Positions 1 through 8,117 of a stretch of DNA of 24,000 bases are shown piece by piece (positions within the stretch are counted from its first letter, which is position 1; each line of letters opens with the position of its first letter). Position numbers and translations under genes: made by a program. The notes under the pieces were generated by a model. The model was not told the origin of the DNA. It made no database searches and saw only the letters and a list, made by a program, of their open reading frames with translations. Source of the stretch: Nitrososphaerota archaeon (lineage in GTDB: Archaea > Thermoproteota > Nitrososphaeria_A > Caldarchaeales > Wolframiiraptoraceae); assembly GCA_021163925.1 (NCBI GenBank), contig JAGGTD010000002.1:1-24000 (forward strand), read 5' to 3'.

Positions 1-790
1 AGCTTCCTAACCCTAGTCCCCCTATGAACGGCCAACAGATCATCTGAATGCCAAGCATGCATCACAACGCAGACCTCGGCGAATGGGGCGTGGCCAGCGA
101 CACGGGTCGCAGCTATCAGGTTCGTCGCCGCATCACTTGACGGCCTATCCGAAGACCTTTGAGCTCCAACGAAGACTATGGGTATGGGGGGTTTTTGGAG
201 GGCGAAGCTCAGGGCTGCGGCCGAGTATCCCATCGTATCGGTTCCATGGGCTATGACAACTCCATCCACTCCGCTCTTGATCAATCGATCGACCTCCATG
301 GCCATCCTGTTCCAGAGCTCTGGGGTCATGTCCTCGCTGAAGATCGAGAACAGTATCTTCGCATCTATCTCGGCTATATCTGAGAGTTCTGGAACTATTG
401 AGAGGAGGTCTTCAGCCGTTAACGCGGGTCTAACCCCACCGGTCCTATAACTATCCTGCTCGCTATCGTTCCACCCGTGCTCATGATCGTGACCCTTGGA
501 AGACCCTCCCTGAACTTAGGCTTGGGCGGTGGAACGAATCTAGGCTTCTTCGCCGACGCGATCTTCTTAACCCTCACCTCGTCCTCAACCCTTATCCCAA
601 TGTTGTAGCCGTTTGAGAGCTTGATCACGATATAGTTTGGGTCGGCGAGCTCATATCTCGCCATGAGGATTCCCCTATAGGTCTCACCCCTGGCCTCGAC
701 CTCTACCTCATCCCCGACCTCAACCCTGCTCTCCTCAAGAAGCCTCCTAACCCTTCCAGAATATCCCTGAAGCCTATCACCTATGGCCAT
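1..790 (-). pseudogene. gatD: Glu-tRNA(Gln) amidotransferase subunit D (GatD), 3' end beyond window; reading frame broken near 440-455 (true frameshift, sequencing error or recoding)
   Basis: ORF 419..790(-) gives the GatD N-terminus ending ...VTIMSTGGTIASRIVIGPVGLDPR*. Shifting one base near 450 restores the family pattern: ...TGGTIASRI(DYR)TGGVRPALTAEDLLSIVPELSDIAEIDAKILFSIFSEDMTPELWNRMAMEVDRLIKSGVDGVVIAHGTDTMGYSAAALSFALQKPPIPIVFVGAQRSSDRPSSDAATNLIAATRVAGHAPFAEVCVVMHAWHSDDLLAVHRGTRVRKL, open to base 3 of the window. Confidence 0.85.
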
Positions 791-936
791 CTTCTATCAA
801 GAAAGACTCATCCCGGTATTAAGCTTAATTCTGGTTATGCAGAGCTTGCTGAACATCGCATCAAGTGAGGATGCGGATAATTTGCGTGGATCTCTTCAAA
901 CACTTTTAAGCGAGTAAATCGAACAAAATCTCACGC

Positions 937-2136
937 ATGTCTAGGTACAAGATTCCAAGAAGGATTGTGAACGTGAGCGCTGAAGCCGCCTTCGCCGTCT
1001 TGAGAATCGCGAAGAATGTTGAGAAGATGGGTAAGAGGGTTATCCACCTAGAGATAGGGGAGCCCGACTTCGACACGCCTAAACACATAAAGGAGGCGGC
1101 GGTCGAGGCCTTAAACAAAAACCTCACCCACTACACCCCAACCCTAGGGATTCCGGAGCTTAGACAGGAGATAGCTGAGAGCGTTAAGAGGGATTATGGG
1201 GTTGAGGTTGATTGGGAGAAGAATGTGGCCGTGACCACTGGATGTAAGCAGGCGATCCTCGCATCAACCCTATCGATAGTCGATGAGGGGGAGGAGGTGA
1301 TCTACCCAAATCCAGGCTATCCAGAATATGAGGCCGCCGCATATTTCGCCGGCGGCAAGCCTGTCCCATATAGGCTCAGGATTGAGGAGGGCTTTAGGAT
1401 GACCCCCGATGGATTAGCGGAGCTCATAACCCCGAAGACCAAGCTCGTCGTATTGAATACTCCAAACAATCCATGTGGAGTTGTGATGTCTGAGGAGGAT
1501 GTTAGGGGCGTGGTCGAGCTCGCCGAGGATCATGGCTTCTACATACTCTCAGACGAGATCTATCGCCCAATACTCTTCGACGGCTTAAAACATTATTCAC
1601 CACTCCACGTTAAGAAGAGCTTGGATAGGCTGATCATAGTCGACGGATTCTCTAAGAGGTATGCGATGACTGGGTGGAGGCTTGGATACGCTCTAGTCCC
1701 TGAAGAAATCTTGCCGCAGCTCTTCAAGCTCTTAAACGTCATGACCTCATGCCCAAACTCGATCTCCCAGTACGCCGCCCTAGCAGCCCTCAGAGGGCCG
1801 CAGGAGCCCACCATGAATATGGTGAAGGAGTATTGGAGGAGGAGAGAGATAGTTGTGGAGGAGCTCTTAAAGCTTGAGAAGATCAAGTTCGTGAAGCCTG
1901 AAGGAGCGTTCTATGTGATGGTGGATGTGAGCGAGATCTTGAATAAGCTCAAGACCAGCTCCGAGGAGTTCGTCAAGATGTTGATAGAGAGGTATGGGGT
2001 CGCATTCCTCCATGGAACCGCTCTAGGCTCCTATGGCGAGGGATTCATAAGGATAAGCTTCGCCACATCCGAGGAGAACATAAGGGAGGGGATTAGACTA
2101 CTCGGAAAGGCCATAGAAGAATTATCTAAGTCTTGA
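937..2136 (+). CDS. Class I/II PLP-dependent aminotransferase (aspartate aminotransferase-like)
   Basis: LEIGEPDFDTP, NPNNPCGVV, SDEIYRP, DGFSKRYAMTGWRLGY (PLP lysine), ATG at 937. Confidence 0.93.
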   Translation: MSRYKIPRRIVNVSAEAAFAVLRIAKNVEKMGKRVIHLEIGEPDFDTPKHIKEAAVEALNKNLTHYTPTLGIPELRQEIAESVKRDYGVEVDWEKNVAVTTGCKQAILASTLSIVDEGEEVIYPNPGYPEYEAAAYFAGGKPVPYRLRIEEGFRMTPDGLAELITPKTKLVVLNTPNNPCGVVMSEEDVRGVVELAEDHGFYILSDEIYRPILFDGLKHYSPLHVKKSLDRLIIVDGFSKRYAMTGWRLGYALVPEEILPQLFKLLNVMTSCPNSISQYAALAALRGPQEPTMNMVKEYWRRREIVVEELLKLEKIKFVKPEGAFYVMVDVSEILNKLKTSSEEFVKMLIERYGVAFLHGTALGSYGEGFIRISFATSEENIREGIRLLGKAIEELSKS

Positions 2137-2815
2137 TGGCCTCGAAGAGGACGAGCCTCCAACAAATCCTCCCCAAATGATCGTAAACATAGTCTGAGTC
2201 AGGCAACGACTTAAGGTGGTTAAGCGATCTATAAAGTGTCTTCCCAAATGGATGAACTCGATAATCTAAGACCCTTGGGCTCAACCCTCTCTCCAACAAT
2301 GCTCGAAAGGTTCTACCTATACCGACTAGGGAGACGACGGGGAGGAGGAGCCTCCCACCTCTCCTTAGATGATTCGGCGCCCCATCTATAACCCTATCGA
2401 GAATGAGCCTTCCATCAACTCCTCCCCAAGTAAATCTATGTAGCTGAGTTAGGGATGGAGTCATCGGAGGATTACAGATTATCAGGTCGAATAGCTCATC
2501 TCTTACGGGGTCAAACAAGTCTCCTATCCTAAAATTTATCTCAACTCCATTAAGCTCAGCGTTTCTCCTCGCTATCCTGATAGCTCTTTCCGAAATATCG
2601 GTTGCGACGACGCTCTCCGCTCCGAGTTTTGATGCGAGTATTGCCAAGACTCCAGAACCTGTTCCAAGATCTAAAACCCTCAAACCATCTAAATCATGGA
2701 GGTTCTCGGCTATGAGCCTCGTCGCAACCGATGGCATGTAGATCTTCCGATCCTTAACAAGCTTTACCTCGATCTCCCCAACCTTGAATACCGTGATCTT
2801 CTTCTCCCCCACCAT
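2126..2815 (-). CDS. Class I SAM-dependent methyltransferase, HemK/PrmC-like
   Basis: VLDLGTGSGVLAI SAM-binding motif; DLICNPPM in place of the usual NPPY; HemK-like size. Confidence 0.75.
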   Translation of the reverse strand: MVGEKKITVFKVGEIEVKLVKDRKIYMPSVATRLIAENLHDLDGLRVLDLGTGSGVLAILASKLGAESVVATDISERAIRIARRNAELNGVEINFRIGDLFDPVRDELFDLIICNPPMTPSLTQLHRFTWGGVDGRLILDRVIDGAPNHLRRGGRLLLPVVSLVGIGRTFRALLERGLSPRVLDYRVHPFGKTLYRSLNHLKSLPDSDYVYDHLGRICWRLVLFEAIKT

Positions 2816-2848
2816 TCTCTAAAGAGATAAATAGCCTCGACCTATGAA

Positions 2849-3823
2849 ATGGTTATCGTGGAGCCGCCGACCCATCCAATCGAGGGCTTCTACGTCGAGC
2901 TCGGGAACATGATCATGGCCGTCAAGGGAGTTTTACAGCCTCCGAGGAGGGTGATCGCCCTCCCAACCCACATCTTACTCGATGAAGGCTTTAAGAGAAT
3001 TAGAAGCCTTGAGGAATCCTTGAATTACTTCCTCGAGAGATATCCTGAGTATTATAGTTGGTTTAGTTTCGCTGGGAGGAGGTTGCCCGCCCCGCCCTTA
3101 GACGCCGTTGATAAGGTACATAATCCTCTATCCGTTAAGCATGTTGAGCGAATCTCGCCTGAGGCTGAAGAGCTTAGGAGGATCTTGGTTGAGGAGTCTG
3201 GGGTTGATGAGAGTTTTATCGGGATAACGGGGTCGATACTCCTCGGAAAATGTTCACCGAGATCAGACATAGATCTCATAGTGTATGGAGTTGAGAACGG
3301 GAGGAGAGTCTATGAATCGATGAAGGAGCTTAGGAGAAGCGGAGATCTAAAACCCTTAGAAGATTATTATGAGCTGAGGAAGTCTAGGCTGGATTCATCC
3401 CTATCATTGAGAACCTGGATGACCGTCGAGAGATCTAAGATCTTAACTGGAATGTTCTCTGGAAAAGCATATACGGCGAAGATAGTCCCGCTGCCATCTG
3501 AGTATTGGGAGAGCCTGGATCAAGAATGCGTGGAGATAGGCTCAACGGGTTTCATAGGAGAAGTCGTAGACGATGAATATTCGATCCTAACCCCGAACAG
3601 GTATTCGGTATCCGTGGAGAGGAGGTTATTCGGCGAGGTCGAGGAGGGAGAGGTAGTCGAGGTCTTCTCGATGAGGAGCAGGTTTGCGGAGATGGCCTCA
3701 TGCGGAGACAGAGTTAAGGTCATTGGAAGGCTTGAAACCGTTAGGCTCGGCGGCAGAAAATGGAAGAGGATATTCTTGGGAAATGATGAGATGGATGTGA
3801 TAATCCCGCTCCACTACATCTAA
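2849..3823 (+). CDS. Predicted archaeal nucleotidyltransferase (COG1665-like), paralog 1
   Basis: IGITGSILLGKCSPRSDIDLIVYG (GS...D-x-D nucleotidyltransferase signature); N-terminal MAVKGVLQPPRRVIALP segment. Confidence 0.7.
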   Translation: MVIVEPPTHPIEGFYVELGNMIMAVKGVLQPPRRVIALPTHILLDEGFKRIRSLEESLNYFLERYPEYYSWFSFAGRRLPAPPLDAVDKVHNPLSVKHVERISPEAEELRRILVEESGVDESFIGITGSILLGKCSPRSDIDLIVYGVENGRRVYESMKELRRSGDLKPLEDYYELRKSRLDSSLSLRTWMTVERSKILTGMFSGKAYTAKIVPLPSEYWESLDQECVEIGSTGFIGEVVDDEYSILTPNRYSVSVERRLFGEVEEGEVVEVFSMRSRFAEMASCGDRVKVIGRLETVRLGGRKWKRIFLGNDEMDVIIPLHYI

Positions 3824-3851
3824 ATATGGATCGAGGAATCTAATTGGTAGA

Positions 3852-4859
3852 TTGATAAGAGATCACGACTTCCTAGAGACGGAGGATTCATGGATATTCT
3901 GCGTCGTGGGAGACATCCATCCGCCGGGGAAATTCTTCTCATATCTCAAGTATGTTCCGGGGACTGGGCCGTGGAGAAGGGATGGGAAAAGCTTTTCGAG
4001 AGCATTCCCAGAATACTTGATGGACGAGTTCAAGAAGATGTTAGAGTATTTGAAGAGGGTTAAGCCCGAGTTCGTCGAATATGATCCGGTGATAGGGGCT
4101 GAGATGATCTCGGTTCCAATAGAGTTCGTCAAGAAGCATTATAACTGCTCGGCTGGGTTGCGTGAACTCTTTAAGCGCGGGCCGAGGGATAGGTTGGAGA
4201 AGCTGACGATCGCCCTCATTCAGGAGATATGCGATCACGGGGATGTCCATCAGGACGATCTCGGGATAACTGGATCGATCCTACTCCAAATACATCATGA
4301 GAGATCCGATATAGATCTGATAGTCTATGGGAGGAGGGAGTTCTGGGAGGTAATTGAGATTTTAGGCGAGCTAGGCTATCTAGGAGTAAGGTCTAGGGAA
4401 CAGGCTTTAAGAGACATGCTTAAACGCTATCCAATAACGCCGAGCGATGCCTCAAATCTAGTCAATCGAGTGAGGTATAAGGGAGTTTATCGGGGGGTGG
4501 AATTCTCAGTACATGGTGTCAGAAAGAGCGAGGAGATTACTGAGAAATACTCTGATAAGATTTACCGGAGGATTGGATTAGCTCATGCAATCCTCGAGGT
4601 AGATGATGCATCCGACTCATGCTTCAACCCAGCTATTTACAGGGTTCATGGAAGCGCTGAGATCGGCGGTAGAGAATACGATGTTGAGCAGCTAATGTGT
4701 TACGATCTCACATTCTCTGCGATGTTCGAGGAGGGGGATAGAATTGAGGCTTATGGGAAGCTTGAGTCCGTGGTTGATAGAGTTCATGGCAGGAAGTTCT
4801 ATAGCCTACTAATAGGGTCTGTTGAGGCGGCGGGGAGAGAGTATGTTAAGCTTATCTAG
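3852..4859 (+). CDS. Predicted archaeal nucleotidyltransferase (COG1665-like), paralog 2
   Basis: LGITGSILLQIHHERSDIDLIVYG; architecture matches the upstream ORF; TTG start in the track, so the true start is uncertain. Confidence 0.68.
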   Translation: MIRDHDFLETEDSWIFCVVGDIHPPGKFFSYLKYVPGTGPWRRDGKSFSRAFPEYLMDEFKKMLEYLKRVKPEFVEYDPVIGAEMISVPIEFVKKHYNCSAGLRELFKRGPRDRLEKLTIALIQEICDHGDVHQDDLGITGSILLQIHHERSDIDLIVYGRREFWEVIEILGELGYLGVRSREQALRDMLKRYPITPSDASNLVNRVRYKGVYRGVEFSVHGVRKSEEITEKYSDKIYRRIGLAHAILEVDDASDSCFNPAIYRVHGSAEIGGREYDVEQLMCYDLTFSAMFEEGDRIEAYGKLESVVDRVHGRKFYSLLIGSVEAAGREYVKLI

Positions 4860-6433
4860 GATTCCAATACCTCCCTAACACTTCTCCTAATCCTCGACTG
4901 GATCCATGGCGGAGTCCATGGGACGAATATCCTCATAAACCTCTGATCCAACGCATCTCTGACCACATTCCTCTCCCCAACCTCAAGATATCCTCGAACG
5001 ACATTTCTAGAGAATCTTTCCGCCTCTTCCGGATTTAAGTAATGGCCTGTATAGAATAGCAGCTCACATAGATCCCAGGGCTTTGAGCCCTCGAAGGAAC
5101 ATTGTTCAAGATCCACTAAGTATGCTTCATCTCCTGCGAAGATGAACGTGAATGGATTACAGTCTCCTATGCAGATCCCCTTCTCGTGAACCATCGCTAG
5201 GGTCTTCCCCATCCTATATGAGATCGCATCGAATATCCTCGGCTCACCAGCATTCTTCAAAGCTTTCAACCCATTCACACCGTCTATGTATCTCTGGAAG
5301 ATCATCTTCTTAGGCCAATTTATATGGAGTATCTCGGCGGTGTTGAATCCAAGCTCTGATAGCTTGTTTATGAAGTAGATCTCATTACTCATCCTAGATG
5401 AGGCCAAGACCGAGAAGTTCTTCACACCTATGGCCCAGAGCCATGCCGCCACCCACTTGAAGTCGGTCCAGTTGAGATATTTCTTGATGAAGATCCTCTC
5501 CTCCCGTCCATCGACCCTAAATGATGCGAAGTAGGTTGAGTTGAAGACTCCTCCAACCTTCCTCAACTTGACATCCACAGGTCTAACCCCATAAGCCTCG
5601 TGAATGAAGTCCCTTATCCCCTTACTCGTCGCTAGGGATTGAGGTCCGATCGAGGTCTCCATGTAGAGCATCTTGCTAGGATCTGGAACCCTCATGGGGA
5701 TTAAGATGTCGAGATCGAGGCTTATGCTCTTGATGGCGTTTAGTGGTGATGAGAAGCTGGCCGTCAGATAGAGTTTAAGGAGGCGTTCAAGCTCGTCTGA
5801 GAATCTATCATAGATGGTCTTCCTAGACAAGACCTCATTGACGAATCTATCTGTTGGAGAATATCCTCCATGTCTCTCTTCAAGGATCCCCTGATCGACC
5901 AGCTCCTTTATCGCCCCCAGGAATCCCTCTAAAACCCTGCTGACATCATCCCTCGATCCTCTAAACATCTCCCTGACAAATCTCCTAGAGGGTGGATAGA
6001 TGGCAGTGAGCCTTCTAAGCTTGTCATAGAGGAAGTATTCAGGCTTGATTATCAGCCTGGTCGAGGCCAGCTTATGCTCTAAAATGAGGTTTTGAAGGGA
6101 TTCAACTATGACGAGCCTCTTATATCTCCTCTCAAGATCCTTTAAGAGCCTCTCATTGATTATGGGATTGTATGGGAGTAAGAAGCTGTGCGCTATGATC
6201 CCCCCGAACTCCTCATTTGAAGCGTCTCTTGAGGCGCTCTCCTCATCAGCCAATATCAAGAGGCTTAACCCCCTCTTCACGAACCTAAACTGCCTCACAA
6301 TATCCGTTATTACTAGTATGATCGAAGGCCGCCTCTCGGCTGACGCGCGGTGGATGCTTAGAGCCTTAACAGACTCCGCGGCGATCCCAATACGCTTAAG
6401 CTCCTCCTCAACTATTTCATCGGAGAATCGCAT
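4856..6433 (-). CDS. Protein with uncharacterised N-terminal region and C-terminal Bud32/RIO-like kinase-fold domain (degenerate catalytic loop)
   Basis: C-terminal half: LRKVGGVFNSTYFASF...IFIKKYL...NEIYFINKLSELG...MGKTLAMVHEKGICIGDCNPFTFIFAGDEAYLVDLEQCSFEGSKPWDL, resembling Bud32/small-molecule kinase motifs. Confidence 0.5.
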   Translation of the reverse strand: MRFSDEIVEEELKRIGIAAESVKALSIHRASAERRPSIILVITDIVRQFRFVKRGLSLLILADEESASRDASNEEFGGIIAHSFLLPYNPIINERLLKDLERRYKRLVIVESLQNLILEHKLASTRLIIKPEYFLYDKLRRLTAIYPPSRRFVREMFRGSRDDVSRVLEGFLGAIKELVDQGILEERHGGYSPTDRFVNEVLSRKTIYDRFSDELERLLKLYLTASFSSPLNAIKSISLDLDILIPMRVPDPSKMLYMETSIGPQSLATSKGIRDFIHEAYGVRPVDVKLRKVGGVFNSTYFASFRVDGREERIFIKKYLNWTDFKWVAAWLWAIGVKNFSVLASSRMSNEIYFINKLSELGFNTAEILHINWPKKMIFQRYIDGVNGLKALKNAGEPRIFDAISYRMGKTLAMVHEKGICIGDCNPFTFIFAGDEAYLVDLEQCSFEGSKPWDLCELLFYTGHYLNPEEAERFSRNVVRGYLEVGERNVVRDALDQRFMRIFVPWTPPWIQSRIRRSVREVLES

Positions 6434-6501
6434 GGCATGCTATTGATATTAAATTCCTAGAATAAATATCCAAAGCCGAAGCCTCCGAGGCTATCTTAAA
6501 T

Positions 6502-7923
6502 TTGGGGGGTCTGAGCGGGGGAAATCTTATTGCCTCGATAAGCTCAGAGATTTTGAGAAGGATGGATCCGGGAAAGCTTACGAGATTCATAGTCTCGAAT
6601 GCGCTTAAGCTTGGGGCCACGGATGTGGTCGCCGAGGTCTATGTTGGGAGGGAGAGGAGGATAAAGTTCGCGAACAATAAGGTGGTCATATCGGAGGAGA
6701 GGGATGAGCGGACGGCCGAGATATTCGTCGCCATAAGGGAGAGGAGGGCCAGCATCTCGGTTGACAACCTATCGATCCAAAGCATTAGGGAGGCTTTGAA
6801 GCAGGCGATCCATCTAGCGAGGATGAGCGAGCCCGCCGAGACCTATGCCGAGCTCCCAAGAGGCCCATTCAAGTATGATAAGAGTTTATTGAAGGCTGGA
6901 AAGGTGTCAGGAGATCCGGAGAAGCTAATAGACCATGTTGAGGCCGCCGTAAACGCGGCTCTAGCTGAGGGAGCTGAGAGGGTCGCCGGAACCTTAACCT
7001 ATTCAAGCGGCAAGACTTGGCTTAGGACTAGCGGGAGGGCCTATGGGGTCGCGAGTGAGGCCGCGGTCGAGATCTCGGTTAGAGCACTCGCATCTGAGGA
7101 CGCTGCAGGCCACTTTGTCTCGATCGCCGCAGACGATAGGGACTTTAATCCGGAGGAAGCTGGGAGGAGAGCTGGAGATCCGGAGGAAGCTGGGAGGAGG
7201 GCTGGAGAGATAGCTCGGATGGCCTTAAACCCAGTTGAAGGCGAGCCTGGAGAATATGAGGCTCTCTTAGGGCCTATGGTCTTCGCCCACCTAGTGGAGC
7301 ATGTTGGAGATGCTTCATCAGCCTATTATGTCGACGCCGGCCTATCCTTCCTCAAGGATAAGCTTGGCCAGGAGGTCTCGTCGAAGGTCTTTAGCCTCAT
7401 AGATGATCCAACCATTCCTAGGACCTATGGCTCGGCAGCCTTTGATGATGAGGGGGTTCCGACTAGGAGGAACGTGATAATCGATGGAGGTGTTTTGAAG
7501 ACCTACCTACATAACTCGACGACCGCCAAGAAGTTTGGGGCGGAGACCACGGCCAACGCCGGACTCATAGTCCCAACCCCATTCAACCTAATAGTCGAGG
7601 GAGGTGGTAAGAGCTTCGAGAAGCTCCTCTCAAGCATAGATGACGGGATCTATGTGACGAATGACTGGTATCTCAGATACCAGAACTACAGGACTGGAGA
7701 CTTCTCAACCATTCCTAGAGACGGCCTATTCAGGATAAGGAGGGGGAGCATAGAGTCCTCGATAAAGGGGCTTAGGATAAGCGATAACATGCTTAGAATA
7801 CTGAGCGGGATAAGGGAACTTGGGAGGGAGAGGTATTGGATAAGCTGGTGGGAGGTCGAGACCCCGGTCTACGCACCGCACGCAATAGTGGAGAAGCTGA
7901 ACTTCACGAAATCAACCATCTAA
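6502..7923 (+). CDS. TldD/PmbA family metalloprotease-like protein (PmbA/TldE type)
   Basis: FANNKVVISEERDERTAEIFVAI; HLVEHVGDASSAYYVDAGLSFLKDKLGQEV; RNVIIDGGVLKTYLHNSTTAKKFG. TTG start at 6502; an ATG at 6562 (MDPGKLTRFI) is an alternative. Confidence 0.85.
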   Translation: MGGLSGGNLIASISSEILRRMDPGKLTRFIVSNALKLGATDVVAEVYVGRERRIKFANNKVVISEERDERTAEIFVAIRERRASISVDNLSIQSIREALKQAIHLARMSEPAETYAELPRGPFKYDKSLLKAGKVSGDPEKLIDHVEAAVNAALAEGAERVAGTLTYSSGKTWLRTSGRAYGVASEAAVEISVRALASEDAAGHFVSIAADDRDFNPEEAGRRAGDPEEAGRRAGEIARMALNPVEGEPGEYEALLGPMVFAHLVEHVGDASSAYYVDAGLSFLKDKLGQEVSSKVFSLIDDPTIPRTYGSAAFDDEGVPTRRNVIIDGGVLKTYLHNSTTAKKFGAETTANAGLIVPTPFNLIVEGGGKSFEKLLSSIDDGIYVTNDWYLRYQNYRTGDFSTIPRDGLFRIRRGSIESSIKGLRISDNMLRILSGIRELGRERYWISWWEVETPVYAPHAIVEKLNFTKSTI

Positions 7924-7963
7924 AAATAAAATATAAAACCAGCGGAAAACCAATAGAAAATAA

Positions 7964-8066
7964 GCCCCGGTAGCTCAGTCTGGTAGAGCACCGGCTTGGT
8001 AAGCTAAAGCTTCAAAAAGCTGGCCCTAAGAGCCGGTGGTCCCGGGTTCAAAGCCCGGCCGGGGCT
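7964..8066 (+). tRNA. tRNA-Thr(GGU) with 29-nt intron at position 37/38 (8002..8030); CCA not encoded
   Basis: Acceptor GCCCCGG/CCGGGGC; D-arm GCTC...GAGC; anticodon stem CCGGC/GCCGG with loop TT-GGT-A^A; T-arm CCGGG-TTCAAAG-CCCGG; discriminator T. Near-canonical BHB at the intron. Confidence 0.9.
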
Positions 8067-8117
8067 TCACCCAAAACCTTGGCCATCATCCTAAATACAT
8101 CTCATTTTTTGAGAACC

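Noticed and set aside
178-450. Plus-strand ORF 178..450 (90 aa) and overlapping 159..383
   Set aside because: Antisense to the GatD reading frame, with no coding-like motifs; explained as a shadow ORF of the frameshifted gatD.
7148-7207. Possible CRISPR or mobile repeat in the TldD/PmbA gene
   Set aside because: Only two directly adjacent 30-bp units without spacers, in frame; a simple tandem duplication.
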